Part shown: positions 1 through 9,592 of the stretch, one piece after another
How the letters are laid out: the number at the start of each line of letters is the position of its first letter
Numbering within the stretch: the first letter of the stretch is position 1
From: a virus
Lineage: Duplodnaviria; Caudoviricetes
Virus record (IMG/VR): IMGVR_UViG_3300026088_000014
Location: 1 to 64,000 of that record
Reading direction: 5' to 3' (one strand)
DNA: 64,000 bases
Position numbers and translations under genes: made by a program
Notes under the pieces: model-generated
What the model was told of the DNA's origin: nothing
What the model saw: only the letters and a program-made list of their open reading frames with translations
Databases searched by the model: none

Positions 1-29
1 GAACATGCTCATGCCATCCCTCAGGATCG

Positions 30-2807
30 TCATTCTGTGACGAGCTTTGGTTTCTTGGGTTTTCCGATTTGTCGTTTGTAGTAGGCATTGAATCTCTCCA
101 TGCTTTCCGCATTCTTCAGATTGAGCTGGCCGGCCCAGCCATTAGCACCAAACCGGATATTTGTTGCGTTCCGCATATTTCTGCCGAGCAGCGCGGCCCT
201 GCCGATCTCGTTGCCAAAATCATCCTTCGCGGTGATGTCGGCCAGCTGCCACATGGCGCGAGGATCGGGATCGTTCAAAACCTTCGTAAGATAATCTTTT
301 ACCCCCGGATCGGAGATTTTTAACCGCTCGTTACTGACTTCATGTTTGATGCTACTTCTTACAAGATTCCAGCTGGCTTGCTCGGGAATCCATCCATACT
401 TAGCCCAGCTATAGGGACCTGATGTCAATCCAGCGTTCAACTTAACATAATTGAGACCCATCTTATTGTAGGCATCGATCTGCTCACGCAGCATCTTGGG
501 AGCAAGTTCACCGCCTTGGTACTTAGGCTCCAGACTGAGCAGTCCGTGATAGGCGTATTTTTGAGACGGAATAATTGCTCGCTCGATCGAGCCAACGAAG
601 TCTCCGTTCGGGTGCATCAGTGGGCCATCGAAGTAAAGAGCCGGAGCGCCAGATCCATATGGATCGTTGCCGCGTCGAGCGGAGATACGGCTGGTATTCA
701 GGCCGCCAAAATATCTATTGGCAAACTCTTCCTGACTCGAAAAATGCTTGCCAAGAACATCGTTGAAATAGTTTGAGAACTGTTGAACGACGCCCTGATC
801 GTAATTGGATTGAAACGGACCAGCCTGGTGTAGTGGCGGCTCTTGCCGCTGTGGGGTGGCCCAGGTTATGTGCCGCTCCATGTCTCTATCTAAAGCATCG
901 AACCTTTCATGCAGGGCATTCCACAGTTTGGGGTCCTTTTCCTGATAATGATAGGCATCGGCCCCAGCCCTACTCAATTTATCGCGGATCGACAGCAGGT
1001 CGGCAGCCGATAAATGTTCGACTTCATGCGGAGAAACCAAACCAAACAATTCGTCCAACGAGCCGATAACCTTCGGCGGAATAACTCTGCCGTATTGACC
1101 CTCAAGGTGATCTGCTAGTGCGTTAAGTGGGCTGGCCCCTTGCTGCGGCGCTGTCCTGACAGGAACCCGATCACTTGGCGGGGGCTGGAGTCCCGCAATC
1201 TCCCGTTTCATATTGTTGGCAAGATCGACGTAATTCTCAGGATCGCTATATCCCCAATCCTTTGGATCATGCCCATTATTTCGCAACCAATCCTTGGCTT
1301 CTTCTAGATGGGTGATTTCGCGGAAGGCAGGACGCGCTGGATCGACATGGCCTTGTTCACCAGGTCGCGGCTGATTCCATTCTTCCATTCTATGCCGCAT
1401 GACGCCAATGCGAGTTTGCTCAGGAAGACCCTGAAGAATTTTTTCTTCTGCTTCTGGACTTGCGGTACGTCTTATTTTTTCTAATGCCCCGGCAACAAGA
1501 TCTGGCCGATCGCCATGGGTTTCAAGTAAGTGATCGACTATCGATCGCGTCCAATACTGAACAGCCTCAGGCCCTGCCTTGCTTGTGGCATCGCTTGCGA
1601 CTTTCATAAGCGGGGCAGCCGCAGCCTTCTCGACTGCCATTCCCGGCAGGACACTCAAGGCAGCCTCTCGGTACTTGCCATGCTGGATGTTCTCCTGCGC
1701 GCCAAGACCCATGCCGACGGGGGTCAGATCGGAGAGACTCATAGACTGCTCACCGAGTCCGGTCGTGCCGAGAAGACCGCGGGTAAACTGTTCTCTGGCT
1801 GGCGAGGCAGGCTTGTCACCCATAAGCCCTTGCCCGAGACGCTCGCGCCAGGTCGGATGATAAGCCTTCATCTCCGTTCCTGGCAGCGGTGGCTCTGGGT
1901 ATCCGGCCTCAAGCGCCTCTGGCGGCTCAGGCGGGGGTCTCGGTCGCGGCAATGGAACGGCATCAGGATTCCAATCCTCGCCGACTTCGCCGCCATCTTG
2001 CGCACGACGCAAAGCGAGTGGCTGCCCGCGCATATTCATAATAGAGCCAGGTTCGGTCTCCCATCCTTTGGCGTATCCAGGCTCAAATTCTTGATGGCCT
2101 TCCATAACGCGGACATTAGGGGTTTTCTTTTTCTGATAATCGCCAAGAAATTCTGGATCAAAAACAAGCCCACCTTCCTGATATTTCTTTAGCTCAAAGT
2201 AATCACAGGTATCCTGCGCCCTGATGTGCCCCTTAACTGACGTACAAGATGCCGGTGATCTGAACATCGTGCAGATCGAGCAATGCTCGCTCTTCGTCCC
2301 CAAACGGTAATGAGCCGTCGCCTTGGTTGCCTTGACCGTGCCGCCCTTCTTGAAATTGACCTCCGGCGAAACCGGTTTCTTGCCGCCACCACCATCAAGC
2401 CACTTCTTGAATGCGTTGATGCTGAGCTCGGTAACAGCGCCGACAAAATGCGGATTATACTCCCGGCCATAGAAGGCTTTATAGACGGCGACTGCCTTCT
2501 TCTTTGAATCGAATCCCACTAAACACTTGTGCTCGTCAAACTTATCCTTATGACGACGCATCTGATCGACGATGAAAACCTTGTTGCTGTCTTTGTTGGG
2601 GCCGACAAAGACATCGACTTGATCCCCATCTCCGCCTTCGGTGTGCCGAATGTAGCCGTAGTCACAGGGAAGGCGATGCGTCCAGCCTTCGCGGATTTGA
2701 CCTTTCGGGGTTTCAATCCTGATAGGAATACCCTGAAACTCCATAGACTTTACTGCGCCACCGTTGGCGTACTTGCGTGCCGCATGAAAGGCAGCAGCGA
2801 GTGACAT
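30..2807 (-). CDS. Polyvalent internal-virion/ejection-type protein: inorganic pyrophosphatase-like domain, HiPIP-like 4-Cys motif, C-terminal GNAT-like domain
   Basis: 925 aa ORF at the distal end of the late operon. N-terminal DYGYIRHTEGGDGDQVDVFVGP...FDEHKCLVGF matches the phage InPase domain. CSICTMFRSPASCTSVKGHIRAQDTC has HiPIP-like Cys spacing. LSLEPKYQGGELA...SWAKYGW resembles a GNAT acetyl-CoA motif. Motif recognition only. Confidence 0.7.
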   Translation of the reverse strand: MSLAAAFHAARKYANGGAVKSMEFQGIPIRIETPKGQIREGWTHRLPCDYGYIRHTEGGDGDQVDVFVGPNKDSNKVFIVDQMRRHKDKFDEHKCLVGFDSKKKAVAVYKAFYGREYNPHFVGAVTELSINAFKKWLDGGGGKKPVSPEVNFKKGGTVKATKATAHYRLGTKSEHCSICTMFRSPASCTSVKGHIRAQDTCDYFELKKYQEGGLVFDPEFLGDYQKKKTPNVRVMEGHQEFEPGYAKGWETEPGSIMNMRGQPLALRRAQDGGEVGEDWNPDAVPLPRPRPPPEPPEALEAGYPEPPLPGTEMKAYHPTWRERLGQGLMGDKPASPAREQFTRGLLGTTGLGEQSMSLSDLTPVGMGLGAQENIQHGKYREAALSVLPGMAVEKAAAAPLMKVASDATSKAGPEAVQYWTRSIVDHLLETHGDRPDLVAGALEKIRRTASPEAEEKILQGLPEQTRIGVMRHRMEEWNQPRPGEQGHVDPARPAFREITHLEEAKDWLRNNGHDPKDWGYSDPENYVDLANNMKREIAGLQPPPSDRVPVRTAPQQGASPLNALADHLEGQYGRVIPPKVIGSLDELFGLVSPHEVEHLSAADLLSIRDKLSRAGADAYHYQEKDPKLWNALHERFDALDRDMERHITWATPQRQEPPLHQAGPFQSNYDQGVVQQFSNYFNDVLGKHFSSQEEFANRYFGGLNTSRISARRGNDPYGSGAPALYFDGPLMHPNGDFVGSIERAIIPSQKYAYHGLLSLEPKYQGGELAPKMLREQIDAYNKMGLNYVKLNAGLTSGPYSWAKYGWIPEQASWNLVRSSIKHEVSNERLKISDPGVKDYLTKVLNDPDPRAMWQLADITAKDDFGNEIGRAALLGRNMRNATNIRFGANGWAGQLNLKNAESMERFNAYYKRQIGKPKKPKLVTE

Positions 2808-3716
2808 CTATGCCGCCCTAATCATGGTGATGCCGCCAACATATCCAGGATTAAGAACTGGAAACATGGTCCCGCTGCCGCCGGAGTCTACGGTGATTCC
2901 GGTCGTTTCCGTAGATGTGTCTTGAGTGGATACCGAATATTGATTGGTGCCGGCACCGCCAGTAACACCACCAACGCTTGTAACTTTTACGTATTGATGA
3001 TGATGGCCAGGATCATTAACCGTCAATGAGTAGTTCGGCATGTTGATTTGGCCTAAGGCAATATTGGAATTTCCGCCTCTATTGAGAAACGCATTGCCGT
3101 CGATCGCTCCACTTAAGCGACCGGTTCCCTGATTGAGCGCAAAGCGGGTCCCGCCCCTTGCGTCAGGCAACGTCGTGCCGCCAAGCGCGTTTGCCAAGTT
3201 TGGATATGTCACTGAAGAGAATGCTGTGCCGTCGCAATTCAAGTAAGGCGGGATAGTACAGGCAACTACCCAAGCCGGGACAGATGAGCCGCCATAGTCC
3301 CAATAGGTGCCTACCGGAGGTAGCCCTCTAAACCTAGCATTAACGCCATCAGTCAAAATCTCTGTCATGCTGCCGGGAGGAATACCAATGATTCTGCCCC
3401 CGGCTGCCGTTGTCTGCGCAGTTAGGCCAAAGGCGGATGAGTTGGTTGTATCATTGATAATACTATAGAAGCTGCCGACCGAAGGAAATGTAACGGCGAT
3501 GTTTGCAGTAATGGCCCCCGTAAATCTGATGAAGGCGCACTGATATTGGGCCGAGCTGAGGATTACTGGAGCGTTTGTCAAAGCAATGGTGGCGGTGCCA
3601 CCGAGCATGTTGTCCAGAAGATCCTGATCGGTGTTGATATAAGGACCCCAAGTCCCTGCCTCGGTGCCGACCGTGACCTTGATGAGACTCTTATTGGTAG
3701 TGGTTGTTATAGCCAT
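2808..3716 (-). CDS. Tail fibre with tail-collar domain
   Basis: 302 aa; YLNCDGTAFSSVTYPNLANALGGTTLPDARG is the tail-collar motif. Confidence 0.8.
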   Translation of the reverse strand: MAITTTTNKSLIKVTVGTEAGTWGPYINTDQDLLDNMLGGTATIALTNAPVILSSAQYQCAFIRFTGAITANIAVTFPSVGSFYSIINDTTNSSAFGLTAQTTAAGGRIIGIPPGSMTEILTDGVNARFRGLPPVGTYWDYGGSSVPAWVVACTIPPYLNCDGTAFSSVTYPNLANALGGTTLPDARGGTRFALNQGTGRLSGAIDGNAFLNRGGNSNIALGQINMPNYSLTVNDPGHHHQYVKVTSVGGVTGGAGTNQYSVSTQDTSTETTGITVDSGGSGTMFPVLNPGYVGGITMIRAA

Positions 3717-3725
3717 GGTTCACAC

Positions 3726-3950
3726 CTATAGAGGATAAACAGGCACTTTGTATTGTGCTCCTGAGCTCGTTGTAACTAACAGAAAGCCGCTCGCTTGCGA
3801 GGACGAAAAGGTGATAGCGCCAGCAGTCGGCGACGAGCTGGATACTATTCCTGACTGCGGAAAAACAGAGCGAAGCGTTATCGTAAGGTCCTGAATGGCG
3901 ACGACGCCATTTTGCAGGGCAGACATTATGCCATCCAAACCTATTGCCAC
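3726..3950 (-). CDS. Small hypothetical virion protein
   Basis: 74 aa, tightly coupled to its neighbours; C-terminus resembles the C-terminus of the 741-aa fibre. Confidence 0.6.
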   Translation of the reverse strand: MAIGLDGIMSALQNGVVAIQDLTITLRSVFPQSGIVSSSSPTAGAITFSSSQASGFLLVTTSSGAQYKVPVYPL

Positions 3951-5965
3951 TAACGCCTCCCGCTCAATGCATAACGGAATCGAATCTTGCCTAGCCGCCA
4001 GAACTCGGCATTGTTGCTCTGGATAAGCACAGACATCAAACGACCGCGTATGCGCGGCGTCAAAAACTCTGTCGTCGCATCGACAAGGTATGGACCGTGG
4101 ACAATCGGCGTGGCCCCAGGATAATCGGCACTATAGAAGGTTATAGTGATCTGCGCATCCGAAACCTCGGAGAACAGATTGAATCGGAAATCTGGAATGA
4201 TGTAGTCAACGAAGGCTAGGTCGTTACCTTCTGTCAGCGCCCACCAGCCGCTACGGAATGATGGGGCACCAGTTCCGGTCGTCGTCTCGCCGGTCTCATG
4301 CTGATAAAGAACGCCGCCGGAGTCTGAAGCGATGGGATTGCCGAGCACCGATACATCGATCCATGCCGTTCGTATAAGATTGCCGTAGTCCCAGCTGTTC
4401 TCGGCAATGTTGTATTTCACATAGGAATCGTTCTCGGTCACATTGATCGATGGGAAAAACCATCCAATCTCGTTGAACACGCTATTGGGAGCGCAACGAA
4501 TCTTGTGGGCGTTGGCCAGATTCAGGTTTTGAAAGATATAATCCCATACGCTGCAGGGGATGGCTTGTACGCCATTGGCAGTAATGGTGAAGAAGTTGTT
4601 GGTGCCGCACCAGAACACACTGCCGGCAAGAACGCCGGCACCGTGCTGGCCGATGAGACCGCACCCGGTGCCAGCACGGGTGAAGTTGAAGATAACCGTG
4701 CCGCCGACATATTGCATGATCCAGACATCGATGTCGGTCCAGATCAAGCCGTAATTCGGGGCCTGCATGCCGCCCTTGATGATAGATCCGGTCGGTATAT
4801 GAAAACTGCCGGCTGCGGTCTGGTTGCTCACCGTCCAGTTGGTGTAGTCGAGATTATCACTCCAACGCACAACGAGGTTGTCCTGAACGCCGGTACTCAG
4901 CACCGAGCGCCAAGCGACAAGAATCTGCTGTGGCATGGAGACAAAGATGCCACCGTTGAAGAACGGCGCTGTCGCGATGACCTGTCCGTTGGAGAAGCCG
5001 CTTTCCGGCGACCAGACGTAGATCGGCCCGTTGCTGGGGCAGGCAAGCAGGTTTTCTCCCCAATTATCCAAACTCCAGTCATCGGCGGAGATTGGATTGC
5101 CTTGCGTGGCCGGGGTCGTTCCGCCAATGCCACCGAACAATCCAGAGCCATAGGCTCCGGCACCGAATGGTGTTCCTGTTCCGGCGGGGCCGCCGGTCAC
5201 ATAGTAAAGCGCCTGCACCAGCGAGGAATTCATCGTCGCCGATGATGTGGCGCTGGCCTGTGTCGTGGCCGTGATCGTGAATTCGGTCGAATCGATAACC
5301 GAGGTGATGGTGTACGGACCCTGAATGGTCAGGCCATCCAGGGTGGTTGGGGCAATGAATTGCTGTGTCAGCCCGATAATCGACTGAAAGTTGTTGTTGG
5401 GAAGGTCGACCGTGACGATGGGGGAATTTGCCGTCGAAAAGAATACCGGCAGGATTCCGCTGGCGGCGATCGTCGTCGAGGCCGGGACGCTCGATACGAT
5501 CTGATAGGAGCCGGTGCTCAGCACCGAGAAGATCTGGTAGGCCCCATTGATGAGAAGGTTTCCAATGGCAACAGGAGTGTTAAAGTAAACCGTGTTGTAG
5601 ATCGCCGCCCCGCTTCCGGGATCGTTGACAGTTACGGCCTGCAGTCCAGACGAGATGGAAAAGCTCGGGGTGAAATTGGTGGTGAACGTCTGTGGCGTGA
5701 TGTCGTTGTTGGAGCCGGCGGTAACGACGATGAGGTTTTGTGTTGCGCCGACGCCAAGATGGTCAATGCCTTGGACATCCTGCCAAGCGTGCAGGTCACG
5801 CACCGTCGACGGGATTGCTGAGCCAAAGGAAACCCATCCGCCGTAGGTCTGGATGAGCCCGCCCTTGAAGCGGATCAGTTGCGATTCGGAAATCCCCGCT
5901 TCGTTCAGGGAGAGGGTCTTTTCGACATCCACCCCTGGCTTGAGAGTTACGGCCCCCATCGGCAT
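3950..5965 (-). CDS. Tail nozzle/tubular protein (P22 gp10 / T7 gp12-like beta-propeller)
   Basis: 671 aa; WSLDNWGENLLAC and VRWSDNLDYTNW repeats; lies just downstream of the adaptor gene. Confidence 0.75.
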   Translation of the reverse strand: MPMGAVTLKPGVDVEKTLSLNEAGISESQLIRFKGGLIQTYGGWVSFGSAIPSTVRDLHAWQDVQGIDHLGVGATQNLIVVTAGSNNDITPQTFTTNFTPSFSISSGLQAVTVNDPGSGAAIYNTVYFNTPVAIGNLLINGAYQIFSVLSTGSYQIVSSVPASTTIAASGILPVFFSTANSPIVTVDLPNNNFQSIIGLTQQFIAPTTLDGLTIQGPYTITSVIDSTEFTITATTQASATSSATMNSSLVQALYYVTGGPAGTGTPFGAGAYGSGLFGGIGGTTPATQGNPISADDWSLDNWGENLLACPSNGPIYVWSPESGFSNGQVIATAPFFNGGIFVSMPQQILVAWRSVLSTGVQDNLVVRWSDNLDYTNWTVSNQTAAGSFHIPTGSIIKGGMQAPNYGLIWTDIDVWIMQYVGGTVIFNFTRAGTGCGLIGQHGAGVLAGSVFWCGTNNFFTITANGVQAIPCSVWDYIFQNLNLANAHKIRCAPNSVFNEIGWFFPSINVTENDSYVKYNIAENSWDYGNLIRTAWIDVSVLGNPIASDSGGVLYQHETGETTTGTGAPSFRSGWWALTEGNDLAFVDYIIPDFRFNLFSEVSDAQITITFYSADYPGATPIVHGPYLVDATTEFLTPRIRGRLMSVLIQSNNAEFWRLGKIRFRYALSGRR

Positions 5966-5968
5966 GGG

Positions 5969-6679
5969 TTACATCCTCTTTTGCGCGAGAGGATTGGGCG
6001 GCTCCGAGGTGTAGTTTTCACTCTGATACTTGGCGCGCAGCTGCTCGATCGCGGCGGACCCGAACAGCTGCTTGTATTGGGCTTCCCATGCAGCACCCAT
6101 CTGCGGGTTATCGGCCTGCTGGCCGAAGTCGCGCATGTAGCCGGAGGCAAACACCATCGAGGCGGCGATAAAGAGATCCGGGCAATACTGTGTCAGGAAG
6201 GTACTGGAATTAGCTGACGATAGCGGGGTCGGCCGCTGGATGCCGATGACCTCGGCTGTATAGGGCAGATCGGGTGCAGGCCCCAAGAGTATCTCGGTAT
6301 CCGAGGCCATGGCCCAGAACTGCGGCACATCGGTTACGGTTTGGCCGGATGGATAGGAGATATCGAGAAACTCGCGGGATACTGGGGTCAATTGAACCCG
6401 CGAGCCGTTCGTGGCATTCAGACTCGACGGCGTGATGATGTTGATATTGTCTATAATAATGAATGTGCCTGTGGCGCTTGGCACGGCAAAGTTCCGGTTG
6501 CCGCTGGATACGGTTGTCGTGGAATCGGTGACTTGGACACGCAGGGGGTTCAGTTCGCGGTAGAGCCTCTGCTCCGCGTAGTCGATCATCCCCGGCAGCA
6601 TGGTCTGAAAGTCAGGCGTCGTGCTGCTGATGACCATCAGATTGGAGATTTGGGCAGTATAGGTGGTGTAGTTAATCAT
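5969..6679 (-). CDS. Head-tail adaptor protein
   Basis: 236 aa; MIDYAEQRLYREL...LGPAPD...TFLTQYCPDLFIAASM pattern typical of podovirus adaptors; gene order. Confidence 0.7.
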   Translation of the reverse strand: MINYTTYTAQISNLMVISSTTPDFQTMLPGMIDYAEQRLYRELNPLRVQVTDSTTTVSSGNRNFAVPSATGTFIIIDNINIITPSSLNATNGSRVQLTPVSREFLDISYPSGQTVTDVPQFWAMASDTEILLGPAPDLPYTAEVIGIQRPTPLSSANSSTFLTQYCPDLFIAASMVFASGYMRDFGQQADNPQMGAAWEAQYKQLFGSAAIEQLRAKYQSENYTSEPPNPLAQKRM

Positions 6680-6723
6680 CCCCCCTCATACCAGATTTAG
6701 GCCGCACACGAAACTGGACCCCA

Positions 6724-7626
6724 TTATGGCCCAGGAATGCTCGTTATGCTTCCGGCATGCTGCGCCAGAACACCGGTAATCCCGTTCCAGCAGAATTCCG
6801 GTCCTATAAGCGGAGGGCTTACCTCTAGCCAGAACTCAAACGGGGTGAGGGTGCCTTTGCCCAACTGTTGCTCAAGTGAGAAACCGAACTGATCCGGGGA
6901 CCTGTCAATGTTCGAACCAGCAATACTCACTGGCGACAGGGCTACCCAGTAGCGCGTTGCGCTATCGAACGTGGTGACATAATCGCCAGCCTGATAGCTA
7001 AAGGTTGAATTCCAAGGATCTGGCACGACGCCAATGATGGGCAGGGCGTTCCCCGTATGCATAAATCGGCCCTGTAGTGGCGTTACGTTCTCACCGCCGG
7101 CCCCGAGATCCACCGGAGCCAATCCGGCAGTAACAAAGAAATTCAGGTTTGCCGCATTGGTCAGATCAAAAAAAGTATTCGATACCCCAAGATAGCAATA
7201 GGCAAAGTCCGTATTAGTGTGAGAGTCGGCGTTAAACTCCCATTCCTCTCCCTCTGAAGCCCCGACATTTACGATCCCAGCATGTGTGGCAAACCCATTG
7301 AGGCTGGTGCCAACCAGCTTGGCGTACATTTGTCCATGAACAAAGCTGCCTTGATCTGGGAAGCCGCCGCTCGCATCGATCACCCCTGATCCATTTGCGG
7401 TATCCATAACGCTTCCGCCAAGAACGGGGCCGCCACCGCGATCCATGGCCATCTGCACGCGAGGAACGCTGGTGTCGAAGGAGATGATAAAGTGGTGAAA
7501 CCCCGGCGATGATGCGACGCCATCGACAACCCTAAATACCGGCCCCCAGCAACGGATGATGGGACCACCGGAATCATCGAGCAGCGTAACTTGTAGGGCA
7601 TAGTCGACTGTCGCCATAACAGCCAC
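6724..7626 (-). CDS. C-terminal part of an interrupted LamG/concanavalin-like virion gene
   Basis: 300 aa; FHHFIISFD and FDLTNAANLNFF...PVDLG motifs; no clear RBS; frame stays open up to the 7653 junction. Confidence 0.55.
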   Translation of the reverse strand: MAVMATVDYALQVTLLDDSGGPIIRCWGPVFRVVDGVASSPGFHHFIISFDTSVPRVQMAMDRGGGPVLGGSVMDTANGSGVIDASGGFPDQGSFVHGQMYAKLVGTSLNGFATHAGIVNVGASEGEEWEFNADSHTNTDFAYCYLGVSNTFFDLTNAANLNFFVTAGLAPVDLGAGGENVTPLQGRFMHTGNALPIIGVVPDPWNSTFSYQAGDYVTTFDSATRYWVALSPVSIAGSNIDRSPDQFGFSLEQQLGKGTLTPFEFWLEVSPPLIGPEFCWNGITGVLAQHAGSITSIPGP

Positions 7627-7646
7627 ACTAGCATAGACTGGCCGCC

Positions 7647-8387
7647 ATGGGCTATCTAACCCGAGGGGCAGGTCTATCGAATACCAGCGGACTTACGCTA
7701 TCGGTGTGGTTTTACGTTTTTCCTCAGGGCGCTCCTTCTACGCTCAGAACCTTCTTTCGCTGTGGTGCCGATATAGGCGCGGTGGATGGGCAGCCCTTTA
7801 GTGGAACCACGATTGGGTGCTTTGTTGCCGGTAGCGGAGATTTTGTTTTTCTTGATGTGCGAAACTGCCCAGAGTGTCCTGCGCAGCTCGCAGCATCCGC
7901 ATTCACGACTGGCGGCGGATCAATGACGCGCGGCGGCTGGAATCACATTGTAGCTAGTTTCCAGCGACTTGGCTTGAATTCGATAAAAGGCCAGATGTGC
8001 CTAAATGGTGTTATACGAAATCCAACAACAACTAGCGTGGCCGACATAACGGCTATTCCTTTGAATGACGGGTTCATAGGCGTCCCAGTTGACTCTGTGT
8101 TTGCACAGAATATTACCGAGTCTCCATTGCTCCCATTGGCGCAGTACCAAATGTGGATGCACCAGAACATTGCCATGACAGATCAGAACATGGCCAACTT
8201 CTTTACGATTACCAATGGTGTCGGAATGCCAAGGGACTACTTGGTTGCGGAGGTCGCGTTCGGCACGCCGGAGCTGAGCTTCATTGGTAACCCCACTCAG
8301 TTCCCACAAAATCGAGGCTCGCTGGGCAATACCTTCTCTCAGGTCGGGACAACCAACAACTTCTCCCCTCTTCCCTCCTTTGGATGA
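7647..8387 (+). CDS. LamG/concanavalin-like protein (antisense cassette gene 1)
   Basis: 246 aa; LTLSVWFY and GGWNHIVASF; paralogous to 8394-9146 (both start MGY.T and end F.PLPS.). Confidence 0.75.
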   Translation: MGYLTRGAGLSNTSGLTLSVWFYVFPQGAPSTLRTFFRCGADIGAVDGQPFSGTTIGCFVAGSGDFVFLDVRNCPECPAQLAASAFTTGGGSMTRGGWNHIVASFQRLGLNSIKGQMCLNGVIRNPTTTSVADITAIPLNDGFIGVPVDSVFAQNITESPLLPLAQYQMWMHQNIAMTDQNMANFFTITNGVGMPRDYLVAEVAFGTPELSFIGNPTQFPQNRGSLGNTFSQVGTTNNFSPLPSFG

Positions 8388-8393
8388 ATAGCC

Positions 8394-9146
8394 ATGGGTT
8401 ACATCACCGGCGGCAGCGCTTCTGTAATCCCCGACACCACTAAAGTCAGTGGATCGCTTTGGTTCGTCAACACAGCAGGATACACATTAACTGTCAGCTT
8501 ACTTGGAGCTGGAAATGCAGGGACCGGCATCCCTTGTTTCACAATCGACTATAGTCAGTTAATCCGAGCCTTACATTTTTTTTGCCAAGACGAAGTTGGT
8601 TTTCCGGCAACCAATACTTGGGCACTATTCAATACAAATACCGCGTCCATGTTCTCCAACACAGCCAGCATATGGAATCACGTCGCCTTTGCCTTTGATT
8701 GCAATCACACAAACCTTGCCGGCGATCTTAAGATAGGAAAGGTTGTCGTAAATGGCGCAAACGCCACCAACATCATATACACGCCGGGCGGCGGAGACCC
8801 CAACCAAATAATCCAGATGCGATGGTCTGATATTGCTGGCGGAGTTGGTGTCCCTGTTCATCCTCAATATATCGCACCATCCTCTATAGCTACACCTATG
8901 GCACAGGTACAAATATGGCCCGGATCATTTAATGACCCAACCAACTCATCGAACTTCAACCAGTATTTAACGATCTCTGGCGGCGTCGCCACACCAGCAC
9001 CATCGAGCATATCGCATGCAGCATTTGGTGTGCCAGCCTTTGAATTTATCGGCAATACGAGTCAGTTTCCAATCAATCGCGGCTACGGTGGCGCATTCAC
9101 TACGACTGGCACCATCAATAGTTTCTCGCCGCTGCCATCCTATTAG
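8394..9146 (+). CDS. LamG/concanavalin-like protein (antisense cassette gene 2)
   Basis: 250 aa; SGSLWF and IWNHVAFAFD; C-terminal FIGN.SQFP.NRG..G..F shared with gene 1. Confidence 0.75.
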   Translation: MGYITGGSASVIPDTTKVSGSLWFVNTAGYTLTVSLLGAGNAGTGIPCFTIDYSQLIRALHFFCQDEVGFPATNTWALFNTNTASMFSNTASIWNHVAFAFDCNHTNLAGDLKIGKVVVNGANATNIIYTPGGGDPNQIIQMRWSDIAGGVGVPVHPQYIAPSSIATPMAQVQIWPGSFNDPTNSSNFNQYLTISGGVATPAPSSISHAAFGVPAFEFIGNTSQFPINRGYGGAFTTTGTINSFSPLPSY

Positions 9147-9592
9147 GTAGCCCCAGGGGCGAATGATATGGCGGTATCCGGCAACGCGACCAACTGCACA
9201 TTGATATTTCCCATCGTGGGGTGCGCCGGATCAGTGCCGAAATACGCCGTCACGCTAAAGGGTCCGTTCTGACCAATGCGTGGCCAACCCGATGTCGTCG
9301 CCGCGCTCGATGTATATTGAACCCACAGCGAAATAACGCCACAGCGGGTTAATGGGGTGCCAAACAGGTATCCGTTTGTTGAGGGAGCCGAGCTGAGGGC
9401 TGCGGTAGTAAACTGAAGTTCTTCGTCCATCGTTGTGCCAGCAGCAAACCTGACCCCACCGCTGTAGTATTGCTTGGCCGCTGTCGCGACATACGAGCCG
9501 CCAGTATTGACCGGCACAGGAGGACGCGGCGCGTGCATTGAGCCGGTTGATGGCCCGGTAATCGGCGGCTGTGGATCAAAATTGGCGCTCAT
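9143..9592 (-). CDS. N-terminal part of the interrupted LamG-like gene (149 aa, MSANFDPQ...)
   Basis: ATG at 9592 overlaps the upstream stop (ATGA); contains GVISLWVQ; stop coincides with the cassette end. Confidence 0.6.
   Translation of the reverse strand: MSANFDPQPPITGPSTGSMHAPRPPVPVNTGGSYVATAAKQYYSGGVRFAAGTTMDEELQFTTAALSSAPSTNGYLFGTPLTRCGVISLWVQYTSSAATTSGWPRIGQNGPFSVTAYFGTDPAHPTMGNINVQLVALPDTAISFAPGAT

Noticed and set aside
7655-9161. 13-bp imperfect direct repeat TAACCCGAGGGGC / TAGCCCCAGGGGC near the LamG cassette ends as a target-site duplication
   Set aside because: Deletion between these copies does not restore the reading frame and the left copy lies inside gene 1; the TA junction explains the data better.
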